Below, piece by piece: positions 12,808-23,639 of a stretch of DNA of 64,000 bases. A model generated the notes under the pieces. It made no database searches. It saw only the letters and a program-made list of their open reading frames with translations, and had not been told where the DNA came from. The DNA comes from Amphiscolops sp. MND2022 (taxonomy: Eukaryota), in contig OZ076417.1 in the NCBI GenBank assembly GCA_964187785.1, positions 22,382,001-22,446,000 of the forward strand, given 5' to 3'. A program made the translations under genes and the position numbers. Numbering within the stretch: the first letter of the stretch is position 1; each line of letters opens with the position of its first letter.

Positions 12808-13528
12808 TATAACGTCAGGCAGTCGATATTACAAACTTTTGATGAAAAATTCAAAATGTGAGGTATCAAATTAGCACATTCAAGATGGCTGAATCGGCAG
12901 TTACGAAAATCGTAGAAGAACCAAAACAAACGTACAAACAGACCACCCCGTAGTCCCCGACACCCGAAGGCACCCAGAAGAGACTGAAAAGAGAGCGAAA
13001 CCCAGTGTGGTGCCATTTCATCCAGGAGAATTTCGGAAGAGACCCTCCAGAATCAAGGTGCAACCTGTCAGTGGATCTTTGCAAGAACTCCGGAACCTTC
13101 TTGAAAATGTCCAAGGAACCCTTAGTAGTTAATTTCATTGTTATTAATGTTTTTGGCAGGTTTGTGATGAAATTGGATCTAGCAGATCCCAATTTTGCTG
13201 ATTTTAGATCTAATTCTGCAAATATGATGTACTTTTGCTGAACACCGTTTTTGTTCCTCGGAAGTATGTAGAAGTCGCAGAAGTACGTTAGGAACCTAGG
13301 AATCGTTTTTACAGGCTTGCGGGGCGTGTCCAAACTTTGAGAGTGCCGGCGCGTCGCCTCGGAGCTCTAATCGGAGGAGTGTCCTTAGACGTATGAAAAG
13401 TCCCCCTAGGAGACCATTTTGGGAGAAAACTGATGTATGGGGCTGTAGTAAGTCAGCTGTCTCCTGTTTGAACACTCCTCTAGGCATTGTCCCACTTCCT
13501 AGATGTGCGCCGCTAACCGGACGTTACA
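12808..13528 (+). mobile_element. LTR of a second family, right copy with PPT
   Basis: TATAACGTCAGG...CCGGACGTTACA inverted termini; purine tract CAGGGAGGA immediately upstream. Confidence 0.85.
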
Positions 13529-13900
13529 TCCTTCTTTCTTTTTGACATCTTTTATACACTTTTTATCACTATCTCTACTCTGTGCTATCATTTACTTGCA
13601 TGATAACCTTGTTCTCTAAATCTAAAAAGGTCACGTTGGCAAACCAACTCTCGTTCTCTAGCTTTCTGACTCCTTTTGATTATACTGCTAATGATTGAGT
13701 ACTACAAGAAATCAAATATAGTACATGATTGATTTTTTCCCAAATATCAAAAGGCAACATCAATGAATCCATAGTCCAATTTACTTACAAAGTTGAGAAT
13801 GAGTTATGGTTTGAGGGTTCAACTGGACTTTTTGCCTTTCTCTAGAGTCTCTGGAAGATGCTGAGATGCTTAATTCTTTTCAATGTGATATTATAGTACA

Positions 13901-13935
13901 TGTAACGGAAGCCTGTGGTACAACGAATTTTCAGA
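13901..13935 (+). repeat. 35-bp LTR tip fragment
   Basis: TGTAACGGAAGCCTGTGGTACAACGAATTTTCAGA matches the start of the 56382 LTR with one mismatch. Confidence 0.85.
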
Positions 13936-14039
13936 GGCCCAGGCCGCAGCATGTGACTCGTATGCTTAGTTCCGTTTAGCTTGGCCGTGCTATAAAAATG
14001 ATTGAACATTTTGGTGTGACATTATTGTCCTGAAACGTC

Positions 14040-14750
14040 TTTCTGATAAGTTCTACGACCGAAAGTTTTTTGTATGTCCCGACAACATCTTGACAAACTA
14101 GCACCTCCATATTGTGCATTTCGACGAAATTGATTTGTCTAAATTAATGTCTGCATGTCTAAAGTTTGGTTTTCCTTTGAAGTCGTGTCCTTCCATAAAG
14201 TATTTTTTTCTTCAAATCTGTTCGTATATATAGCTCTGCTGTCAATTTGTGAACTAATAATATCCTGTGTTGAACTCTCCCCACTGAGCTAATGATTTCT
14301 GACCAAACTGTCCAAACTAGTTATCCAGAGTTAGGACAAACACCTCTGTAAAGAATCAATATTGTTGCACCTATCAATAACGTCTTTTGAAAGACCATCC
14401 ATTGAAGGTCATCATCAATCGAGGTTATGTGTAGTTACACGAAATATTTTATCGAAAAAAGTCAACTCTCAAACTAAATTGTTCCATTTTATGCATTTAG
14501 TTCAAGTCAACAAAGGCACGCGGATGATTCATCAAGAACAATAACTTGTTGTCTTATTTTGATATATCGTGTTTATAGATTTTGAAAGTGGAATATGAAA
14601 CGAAACACTCCAAGCACAATCGAAATTGGTATAATATAGAGCCAATGAAATTTAGTGGTAAAACCCTAGTAAGGACGCTCTCACAACAGTTGAATACATC
14701 AAAGCACAAAGACGATCAAAAGTTTTTCCTTCTATTCACCCAACAACGCT
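14040..14750 (-). pseudogene. Heavily decayed PIF1-like (SF1B) helicase remnant
   Basis: Motifs in the expected order across frameshifts: GKTF (Walker A), SFHIP, VIVLDESS (Walker B), PSMDGLS..DSLQ (about PFGG..GD..Q), TLWKD..TNQFRR. Confidence 0.45.
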
Positions 14751-14758
14751 GAACAACA

Positions 14759-14976
14759 TCAAATTAGAGTATAGCTCGTGTTGTAATGAATCAAAATCTC
14801 ACAGAAGTTCAGCATAGTGTTGTTGGATTCCATACGAATCCATGAACCAATAATTTCTTTCTCGCACAGCAGGTAGTTCCAGCTGGGATCTGCGTTGCGT
14901 ATGGTTCCACAGAACTCACAATCCGAATTCTGTTGTCCGCATACACTGACCATCATAACATTCAAGGAATGGTACC
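14759..14976 (-). CDS. Exon encoding the C-terminal half of an F-type lectin (FTP)-like domain
   Basis: Acceptor TTTTTTAG|GG at 14976 (phase 1); VCGQQNSDCEFCG..LLCEKEIIGSWIRMESNNTMLNFCEILI fits the FTP CG..C..G..V.I..L.FCEV pattern. Confidence 0.7.
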
Positions 14977-15399
14977 CTAAAAAATTGGAAAAGTAATTGA
15001 GTTTTTCGGTTTGTGTTATATATGTTCAAGTTGTTTCACTTGGTCAAAACATAACGCAATTCTTGCTGTGATACTGAAAGGCCCTATGATGCATTTCTTT
15101 GTACGATTTCCAATTTTCCTTTCACGAAATCTTGAATGTTTCTAGAAAATTCCGGGAGTTTCTATCTACCCTTCTGTGAGGATTATACGATTAATTCACT
15201 GCATTTTTGATATTAAAAGATCTGTCAAGACAATGCATTAAAATGCCCAATTACTTACAAAATTTCTGAAGGGTTCTTCTATTCTTGCAAAGTTTTCTCA
15301 AGCCCGATATCGTTTTGCAAGAGTCTAGTATATATAGAAAGGTCCCAAAAAGAACGCCAGAAAAGTTTAACTCAATTTATCACTTTTTGCCAGTTTTGG

Positions 15400-15730
15400 A
15401 TTTATATCCTATACCCGTGGTGGGCATCCGTGGGCATCCCGTAAAGCGATTTCGCGATCTTCAACAGCTACTTTCCCAATTCTCAATTCACCTCAGCCTC
15501 GAGGCAAATGGCCGCAAGAACGGGCAAACTTCTCAGTTGATGACGTAGTCAGTTGATCACAGACGATGGCATTCCACCACTGCAGTGGAGTTTTGGTCGA
15601 GTGATGCAATTGAAGCAAGGTCATGATGGCTTAGCTCGAGTGACATTGGTGAGAACAGCGCACGCTGAATTTACAAGGCCTGTCAGCAAGCTGAGACGTC
15701 TTCCAGTTAAGGACAATGACCTCCACAAAG
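15400..15730 (+). mobile_element. pol: BEL/Pao retrotransposon integrase C-terminal remnant (DUF5641-like); possible LTR at about 15848-16144
   Basis: KRFRDLQQL.. and DDGIPPLQWSFGRVMQLKQGHDGLARVTLVRTAHAEFTRPVSKLRRLP, the characteristic BEL tail. Confidence 0.9.
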
Positions 15731-16199
15731 CAAACGTTGAACGTCATGCACACAAGGACGAGCAGCACGAACAACAACGAAACTTCGTGCAGTGGTACAG
15801 TGGCTAACGTTAAAGCAACAGTGACCCATTGTGAGCAGCTTGGTCGGTGGTTCGAGCCGTGCGTACGCACCAACTCCTGCCTCGCTCTGGCGACATGGTT
15901 CAAAACTTTCCAACTTTATTTATTTAACTCAATTTGCGACTTCTCTTTTCTCTCCTAACTCGAATCCACATTCTTTGAATTCACAATTTTTTGAATCGAA
16001 CTTCACTGGAAAATATATATGTATCAATATTCTCCACGGTCACTCCCCACTGTACTTACTGAGAAGTTGCTTGACATACTGTTTTTTAGATTCAATCTTA
16101 GACACAATAACATGAAAAATATTTCAAAACGGTACAACGAAACACATTTCGTTTAACATGACCTCCGACATTAGTCTTGTTCCCCTTTGTTTCGCCTTA

Positions 16200-16700
16200 G
16201 TCTCAAATGAACCTGTTTCTCGACTCCGATCATCAGCTCGTCTCTCTCTTTTGACACATTAAATGTCTTTACACTTTTCGTCTTCTCGTGAAAACCTATC
16301 TAAATTATATTGATCCTCGAATCTGGACGCAAACACCTATGAACATCCTTGTTCATTAGTTTTCTTTCAAAAAACTTTTACTTCAGTGGTGCATTTCCAA
16401 ACAACCACATATACGCTTTCAATGATTGCATTGTAATTGATGAAAAAGATCGGCGCACTCTTAAAAAAACTCCAAGAACGAAATAACTTTTCACTGCCAC
16501 ATAGGTTCGCACACAATGAAATTTGGAGTTTAAATGGACGAAAAACTACTTTTGAGATTCCAAGTATAAAACCACACGGCACTTTTGAAAATATTTGAAC
16601 CACCTTTGGTATTTTTGATTTACCACTGATACTCTCGAGCTGAAATGACACCAATTTCAGTATCATTTTCGCAAACCCTACTCTCAATACTGAAACCACA
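16200..16700 (-). mobile_element. Decayed LINE (CR1/L2-like) RT fragment
   Basis: KIPKVVQIFSK..FRP resembles KIAKVVPIFKKG..YRPISLL; downstream FIGVCVQI resembles the (G+F+D)LSKAFD region. Confidence 0.4.
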
Positions 16701-17505
16701 CCTCAAGTACACATTCTCTCACTTTTCACTTTTCCAAAGTAAATGTTTCCTCAATAATATTGAATTCAATTAATATTGATCAATATGCATTCGCTATTTT
16801 TCTTGTTTTATTATCAATAACTCCTTTTCTTCATTTGAGATGATCGTAATAAACATCCCTTTTTCTACAACCTTCATGATTTCCATAATGATCATTTTAA
16901 ATTCTCAATGAGTGATAAGAAAAATCTCACCGTTCCAGACCATACTGAAATTATTCATCAGAACATTCAAACAAAGACTAAACCGCCAATGGATCTTCAC
17001 AAAGACTTCAAAATTCCTCCAGTATTTATATTTCCACACATGCTATTAAAAATCGTTAAGTAAATCTTGATTCATCACCAATACCCTTATAGCCACAGAA
17101 CCTGTTATTTGCAACAGTCACCAACTACATAGTACACCTTCAACATCACCTTCATTTATTATTCATTCTAAAAACCTTATAAACATCATTTTCGGAATTT
17201 TGTGGGGATTAGTAACCAAAGAGTTCAGCAACAAAACACATAAATGCTCAGCAGACGCTTCTCTATAGAAACTTTTTCAATGCGAAAAAAAATAGTCGAA
17301 CTTTAAAATTTTCCAATTCCTGACCGTTTCAAGTTCTGAACAAAACACCTAGGTATTAGCTACTTAGCAAAAGTTTGTTTAGAGAAGTTTAGAGTTTTCC
17401 CAAACAAATTTATAAGAAGATATGAATATAGTCGATATTATCACTTTTTTCGGGTTGGAAACAAGTTGCCAAATTCACATTCATACAAAAGTAGAGAAAA
17501 GAAAA

Positions 17506-17720
17506 CTAACTTGTAACCTGTCCGTGAAAGATATTCACTTCACAGAAAGCAAGTATTCCATAGTTTTTTATCACTTTGATTTGGTTTCCGGTGATGGGCC
17601 ACTGGTCGCAGGTGAAAGTAACCCATTTTTTATTCAACGACTGTGAAGCCGAACTTCCACATTGTTCACAGGAGTAACCATTCTGACAAACTTGGACATG
17701 AGCATCGTTCATGTATGAAT
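17506..17720 (-). CDS. Exon encoding the C-terminal half of an F-type lectin-like domain
   Basis: Acceptor TTTTTCATACAG|AT at 17720 (phase 1); VCQNGYSCEQCG..WVTFTCDQWPITGNQIKVIKNYGILAFCEVNI. Confidence 0.8.
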
Positions 17721-18199
17721 CTGTATGAAAAAAAAATAAAAAAAAAACTTAGCTCGAAAAGAATTTTTTATTTTATTAGTGCATAAGTAAAAATAACATG
17801 GGACCAAATTTTTCCCTTATATCGCAATTAGATACTCTCTGAACTACAGTTTTGTCTTTTTTCTGAACAACGTTTTCGGTCAACTGAGGTTTCAAAAATT
17901 GTGAAGTGTCATTTTGTTTTCATGTAAGTTCAATGAAACAGCAATGCAAAGTATAACAAGACTGAGGCAATGGATTTACAATTTAAAAACTTTAAACAAA
18001 AAACGAAAACACACAAAGGGGACTCCTCAATGCTCGCGAAACGCTTTGTTTTCGATCGTGTAAACCATCAGAGCATGGTTTATCGATGTGCTCAATGTAC
18101 GGGAACAATTTTACTAGTGATGTTCATCACTCTGATTTTGACGGAAAAAAGAAAGTAATTTTTAACCCCAGCATCATTTGATCACGAATTCTTCCCCAA

Positions 18200-19845
18200 T
18201 ATTTCCATGAACAATTAGTCATTTCCTGTATTTTCGGTGGAAAACTCTTCATTGTCCCTAATTTACGTCGATATTTCGTCAATTTTCAAAAAACAAAGAT
18301 CTTAATCTAGTATTAGTCATATAACATGATCACAACATTTAACTCCGACGTCCTTTTCCTTACCTCTCAAGCAGGAAGTAGATTATACGTCAGTCAATCA
18401 AACCGGAAATGCTTCCCGGTTTTACTGCTGTGGTTTGCGGGAAATTTTGACGCGGAGATGACTCTGACGTGAACAACAAATACCTGATTTTGAATTTCAA
18501 CTTGAAAATCACCATGACTAATCTTTCAAACTGGCCTTTTGAAATGATGCTAGAAAAAACAATTCATTAGTACAGCTAAAATGCAATTACTTTACAGCTT
18601 CTATTCAGCAAATTAACAACTCGATTAAATGGACGCCCCTACGACGTCATTTTAGACGCAATAACTCTAACAATATATTGTTGAACCATACCATAACTTC
18701 GACCCTCTAAACAAATACGTAAACGGTCTACATTCACGTTAGCAACAAACAACAAGCAAGGATTGGTAGTTATTTTTACAAAACGATTGTTGTCTACAAC
18801 GTATTTATCAAAATTTTGAAAAACTAATGACGTCGTTCCGACGTCGATTTGAATGGATCATTGCACAACTTAAGTATGAGACAGAGCACGGCTGTAAAAA
18901 CGTATAAAAATATTTCCAAAGTGTGAAAACACATTCGTCAAATTACGTTGATGAACTAAACTGTGACTTTTCGTGATAATTATTGGGAACGTTCGCATTT
19001 AAACACATTCACGGCAATCATCCCCATTCCGTATATAATTCATTTATTTCTTACCAAAATCAGCTAGATATTTCATTAGTGACTCCTTCCTTCAATTCTC
19101 AGTAAAAGAAATATATCCAGACACAAAACTGGACTGAAAATGTTGATGAATTGTCGTTAGTTTACATATTCATAAGCTTAATGTTGAACTGAGCGCTTAA
19201 TTTTATAAAAAGTGGACGTAAATTTGATGCTAGACCTAAATAGCCACCAAGGTGGACGTAGGTTGGACGTAAATTCAGAGCTAGTTTTGACTAATCTGCT
19301 AAGCTGTGACGTCAAAGGGACGTAAATTAGAATTCGTTAGTTAGCTGCTATGCGACTATGACGTCATAGACAATTATCAATATCGGTCGGCGTAGCTTTG
19401 ACTGTTTACTTAACGACTTAATATTGACCCATCTCTCATTAATTGCCGTTCAAATTGCAATCAAGATGCCTTTTTCTCAGAACAGGCGTAATACTTTGTT
19501 CTTTAGACTTCAAATGTAGTTTCTGTTTTACATTTAGCTATGATTTCGGCAACTGCTTGATTCAAGTAAGATTTCAGGTGGGGAATGAATTTGGATATGA
19601 CGCTACTTAAACGTCCTACGGAAAGTATTTGAAACCATTCTAGTTCGTTTAGTTTTCAGTTTTCATTCTCACTTAAGGATTATTGATCAGATTAGATATG
19701 TATTTCTTACTTAGTCACAGTTTGATCTCAGCTAGTTTAATTTTAAAACGCAAAGTACTTTTTAGTAGTTTTGCTGTTCAGCCATGTCCTCTGCCGTAAC
19801 CGACTCTCTTGCATCAGCATTACAGTCCGGGAGCGGACTGTGACA
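18200..19845 (-). mobile_element. 3' LTR, truncated at its distal end
   Basis: Aligns with about 27920-29465; starts TGTCACAGTCCG on the minus strand; similarity stops near 18200. Confidence 0.85.
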
Positions 19846-21339
19846 GGGCCACTGTCATGGGTCGTACAGCTCTCCCGGGTCGTCCAGATTGAAAGCGACG
19901 ATGCGGAATGTGGTCGTAGTTGTAATCTGCCCTTCTTTTCGTTGAAGCCATTCTTACGGTTTCTCTCGCTTCTAGATCGTTCAGCGGGTTTGCTTACTGC
20001 AAATCCACTTTCCGTAGAGGGCCCGGAAGGGGTGACGAAGTATTAGTCCGCGTCCTCTCGAGCGAACTGTTCAAGATAGTTTGCAATAACCACACTAGTT
20101 TCGGATTGAGGGCTTGGCCGTCTATGGCTTTCAACTGTTAATATTTCGGATTTTGTATTATTGTTCATGTCATCTTCTTTAGGCTGTTCATCAGGGCTCT
20201 CCGGGCTTTCGATGATTTCGCTGTATTCGGAATTTATGGAAGAACCTGGATACTCTCCGATTCTACTTTCTCAAAGCTGTTGCTTAGACTAAGTCGCTTG
20301 CAGTTGGTCTCCAGAGAGACTAATGACCAGTCAAAGTTTTCCTCATGGTCGGTGATGGCCTCAACTGGAGAATGAGATATCTCCAGAACCACTCTGAAGA
20401 GTTGAGGCTCTTTCAGGGATTTCTTCATTTTCGCTCTGCGATGAGATGTCAATCAATTCGTAAATAATCTTGAGGCTGGTCATCAAGGCTGGTTATACTG
20501 TTGTTTACTATTGATGGCTGCGAGTTTCTTCTGCCGCTGATATTTATCGTTCCTTGCTTCACAATGAATTTAGGGATATTGAGGATTTTAGGAATTATTG
20601 GGGTAAATCCCTTCTGGATTGGTTATTCTTTTTAATCCTTTTGAATCCCAGGTGATGACGTTATGCCAACGTCACTTTTCATTGGCTGTGAATTAAATAA
20701 TCCACCTAACAAAGAGTGTCAACAATTTGCTGACGTCAATTCCGTTAGCGTTTAGCTAACTTTATTTGTCAAGGTTTTGATGACGTCAGTTTTGATAGCG
20801 TTTTGCTAACTTCAATTTCATTAGTTGTTTCTTTTCTTTTGGGCACTGTTGATTCTCAGTTTGAAGAAAATGACTTCTTCCAATCGAGTGGAAACTGGCG
20901 TGCAGAGTGGCAGTTTCTCTTTTCCGAAGTCGACATACGAGAGAATGACTCTGTTCCTCCTGTCGATCGGCCCCCTGCTTTTGGGAAGTCCATAATTCCC
21001 CAATCCATTAAGTTTTTGTGGATATTACTTTTTGCAAATAGGCCTCTATGCGTTTTGTATTTCCACTGCTTAATTTTCCTTACGCTTTTATCGGTGATGT
21101 GTTTTCAGTGCCTTCCTCGGGGCATACTACAGCTACTGGCGATCCTCTCTTTGTCCCTCTTACTGCCACTGTGATTGATGTTGTTCCTGTTTCCGACGCT
21201 GATGCGCTCGGCTTTGTAGACCCTGTTGTTCCTCTTTGATGCCCGCAGGATGATTTGGATGTGCCTATCACTAGTTGTTTCTTGACTAAGTTGGCTCCTG
21301 CTGGCAAAATCTCGACTCACGGAGGTGAGGACGTCCTGT

Positions 21340-23460
21340 GTATTCAATATTTATGTGTTTCAGTCGTTGTTGTGCTCCCTCAGCCGTTGTTGTTTCCCTG
21401 AGTTCTCCGTTCTTTGGTCGCTCGTATTGGCGAGTTCAAGTGCTACAGTGTATTCTTTGAGGATCGGAGTGATGGGAAGCAGCGCCTAGTCCCGGCATGG
21501 GAAAAAATATTTGGCTGGAAGTGTGCGTGGATGCGCAGTCGCTTGGCCAACGTGTTCCTTTAGAAGACGTGAATTCACTGTCGTGGCTTTTGTGTAGTGT
21601 TCCCTGCGGCCAGTTGCCGTTGTCTGTGGAGGGGGCTACTTCTCATTGTTACGGGTGCTCAGCGACAATCGAGAAGATGGTCATCAATTTGTCTTGAGCT
21701 GCAATTTCTCTGAAGAAGTCTTCCTCACTTGCTATCGTCAGGCTCATCAGGAACTGCTGGGAATGTTGGAGGTGACAACTATGATCAATTTATTGATGCT
21801 TTGCTTGAGGGGGGCCTTGCAAGAACCATGGCTTGAAGACGTGACTGTGCTACGTCGATGTGTTGTTGCCGGACGTGTGACTTTTAGTGATCTTGTTGCA
21901 CTGGATTTGATTCCTGTGTGGAACTCTATGCTTGATTTCATTCATTATACAGGCCCTTCTCACATCAAGAGTGAAACTGATATGGTTAGTGTTATTGTTA
22001 CTATGCCTTCTTTATATCTCGTATGATGTTTTGAAATAGTATGATGTTGTGTTGTGTATTTTAGATGCGAGGTACGGACAGTCAGGTGCATTATGGTAAT
22101 ACGAATCGTTTGCGACTGGGTTTTCTTGTCCACCTGATGGATCTTTGTAAGTGGACGTCGTCTTGCTGTCGTATCTTGGTTTTTCGGGGTAAGTGTTGTA
22201 TGCATTTGTTGTTTAGACCGCTGCACTTTCAAGAAGCAATTCTCAAAACGCGATGATTACGGCTTCCATTGTTATATGGAAACTTGCCAATTTGTTTACT
22301 GCTTGCTTTCCCGCACTCGTCAGCTGTCTGATTTGCTTGAGATGCATGATTCGGAGGCTTATATGGACACGTCAAAGATTGAGTCCTTCAAGAAGGTCGA
22401 CACTGCTGACTTTCTGTTTAGTCATGATTTTGGTCAGGATCTGCAGCGAGGTACAACTGGCTAGATGCAAGAGTTTCAAAATCGATGCTGAGAATTTGTG
22501 GACCGTTTGGTCGACGTCCTTCTTAAACTAATCTTGTGACTTCGGATGTCCTGCAAGGTGTGTATGCGTTCTGTCCCGAACTGCTGCTGGAGGGGGGTTA
22601 ATCGCTATATCGTTCGCCTGTTCAGTGAATTGATGCAAGTCTTGGAGAGAAGTTGAGCTTTGAGTGGCGAGGAATCAATTTCTGGAGCTGAGGAGCTTGT
22701 GACTTTCGTTGTGGACGCTCAACTACGCCATGTTGACTCTAATACTAGTGCTGAAATCATTGTTGATGTGATGAGTTACCTCTTGTCCGATGATAGCTTC
22801 TTATCCCGAAATATTTTCTGTAGGATCTTTATATTATATGTTGCTTGGTCATCCTGCCTACGATTATACTGAAGTATTTTATACTCCTTGGTTGATTGTG
22901 TTGAGTCTGCTTCTGTGGTTTCAGCTTGTTTGCGTGGAGTGCAGAGCTACGTCTGTCCTCCGGACTTCAAGTTGGTGGTTTTTTCACCAAGCATACTATG
23001 GAGTGTGTTCGAGATGCTATCGCTGGTGCTCGGTAGTTTATGTTATCTGCTTCTGATTTCGATCCCCGGAGTCGCATCTGTGTGGAAGATCGGGCTGCGT
23101 TCGTTAAACGTTACGTAGATTTGTTTGATGCTCATAAGGCTCGGAGAAAAGGAGAGCCATACCAGCGATTTCGGGTTTCCAATCAGCGGGTACGTAGCAC
23201 TACACCTGTTGTTGGTCGTGGTTGTTCATCTTCTGCTTCGGCTAGTTGTCGTCCTACATGAGGCAGTTTAGTTGTTGTTGGAGGTAATTCCGCGAAGACG
23301 CCTGTTAAGCGGCCTTCACAGCAACCATCCAACTCTGCCAGTAGCGCGGTGTCGTCAGCAAAAGAGGGGAAGAAGAAAACGGAGAAAGGATCTAGTGGAG
23401 CTTCAACTTCGCAGAAGTGATGAATTGTTTGATATTATGTTAAACTTGTTATTGTTTTGA
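21340..23460 (+). pseudogene. Antisense accessory gene in Gypsy element 1 (hAT-transposase-like C-terminal two thirds), intron 21985-22233
   Basis: Co-linear plus-strand ORFs 21646-22026, 22276-22464, 22660-22872, 22888-23118, 23040-23261. Splicing GTTAGT (21985) to TTTCAAG (22233) joins ..ETDM to KQFSKRDD..METCQF in frame. Homologous to 34059-35772. Confidence 0.75.
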
Positions 23461-23639
23461 TGTTTTTTCTAGATAGTTTTTGTTTGTTTCCTGTCTGTAC
23501 GGGCAGTTGATTGCATTATGGTGAGCAGAAAAAAAGAAAAAAAAGTAGATGCCTCCTTAGGATGATAAATAAAATGGTATGGAGTCGAGAGATGAAATGA
23601 ATGGAGGGCCGTAGTATGCCCATGATTGACAATTAGTCA

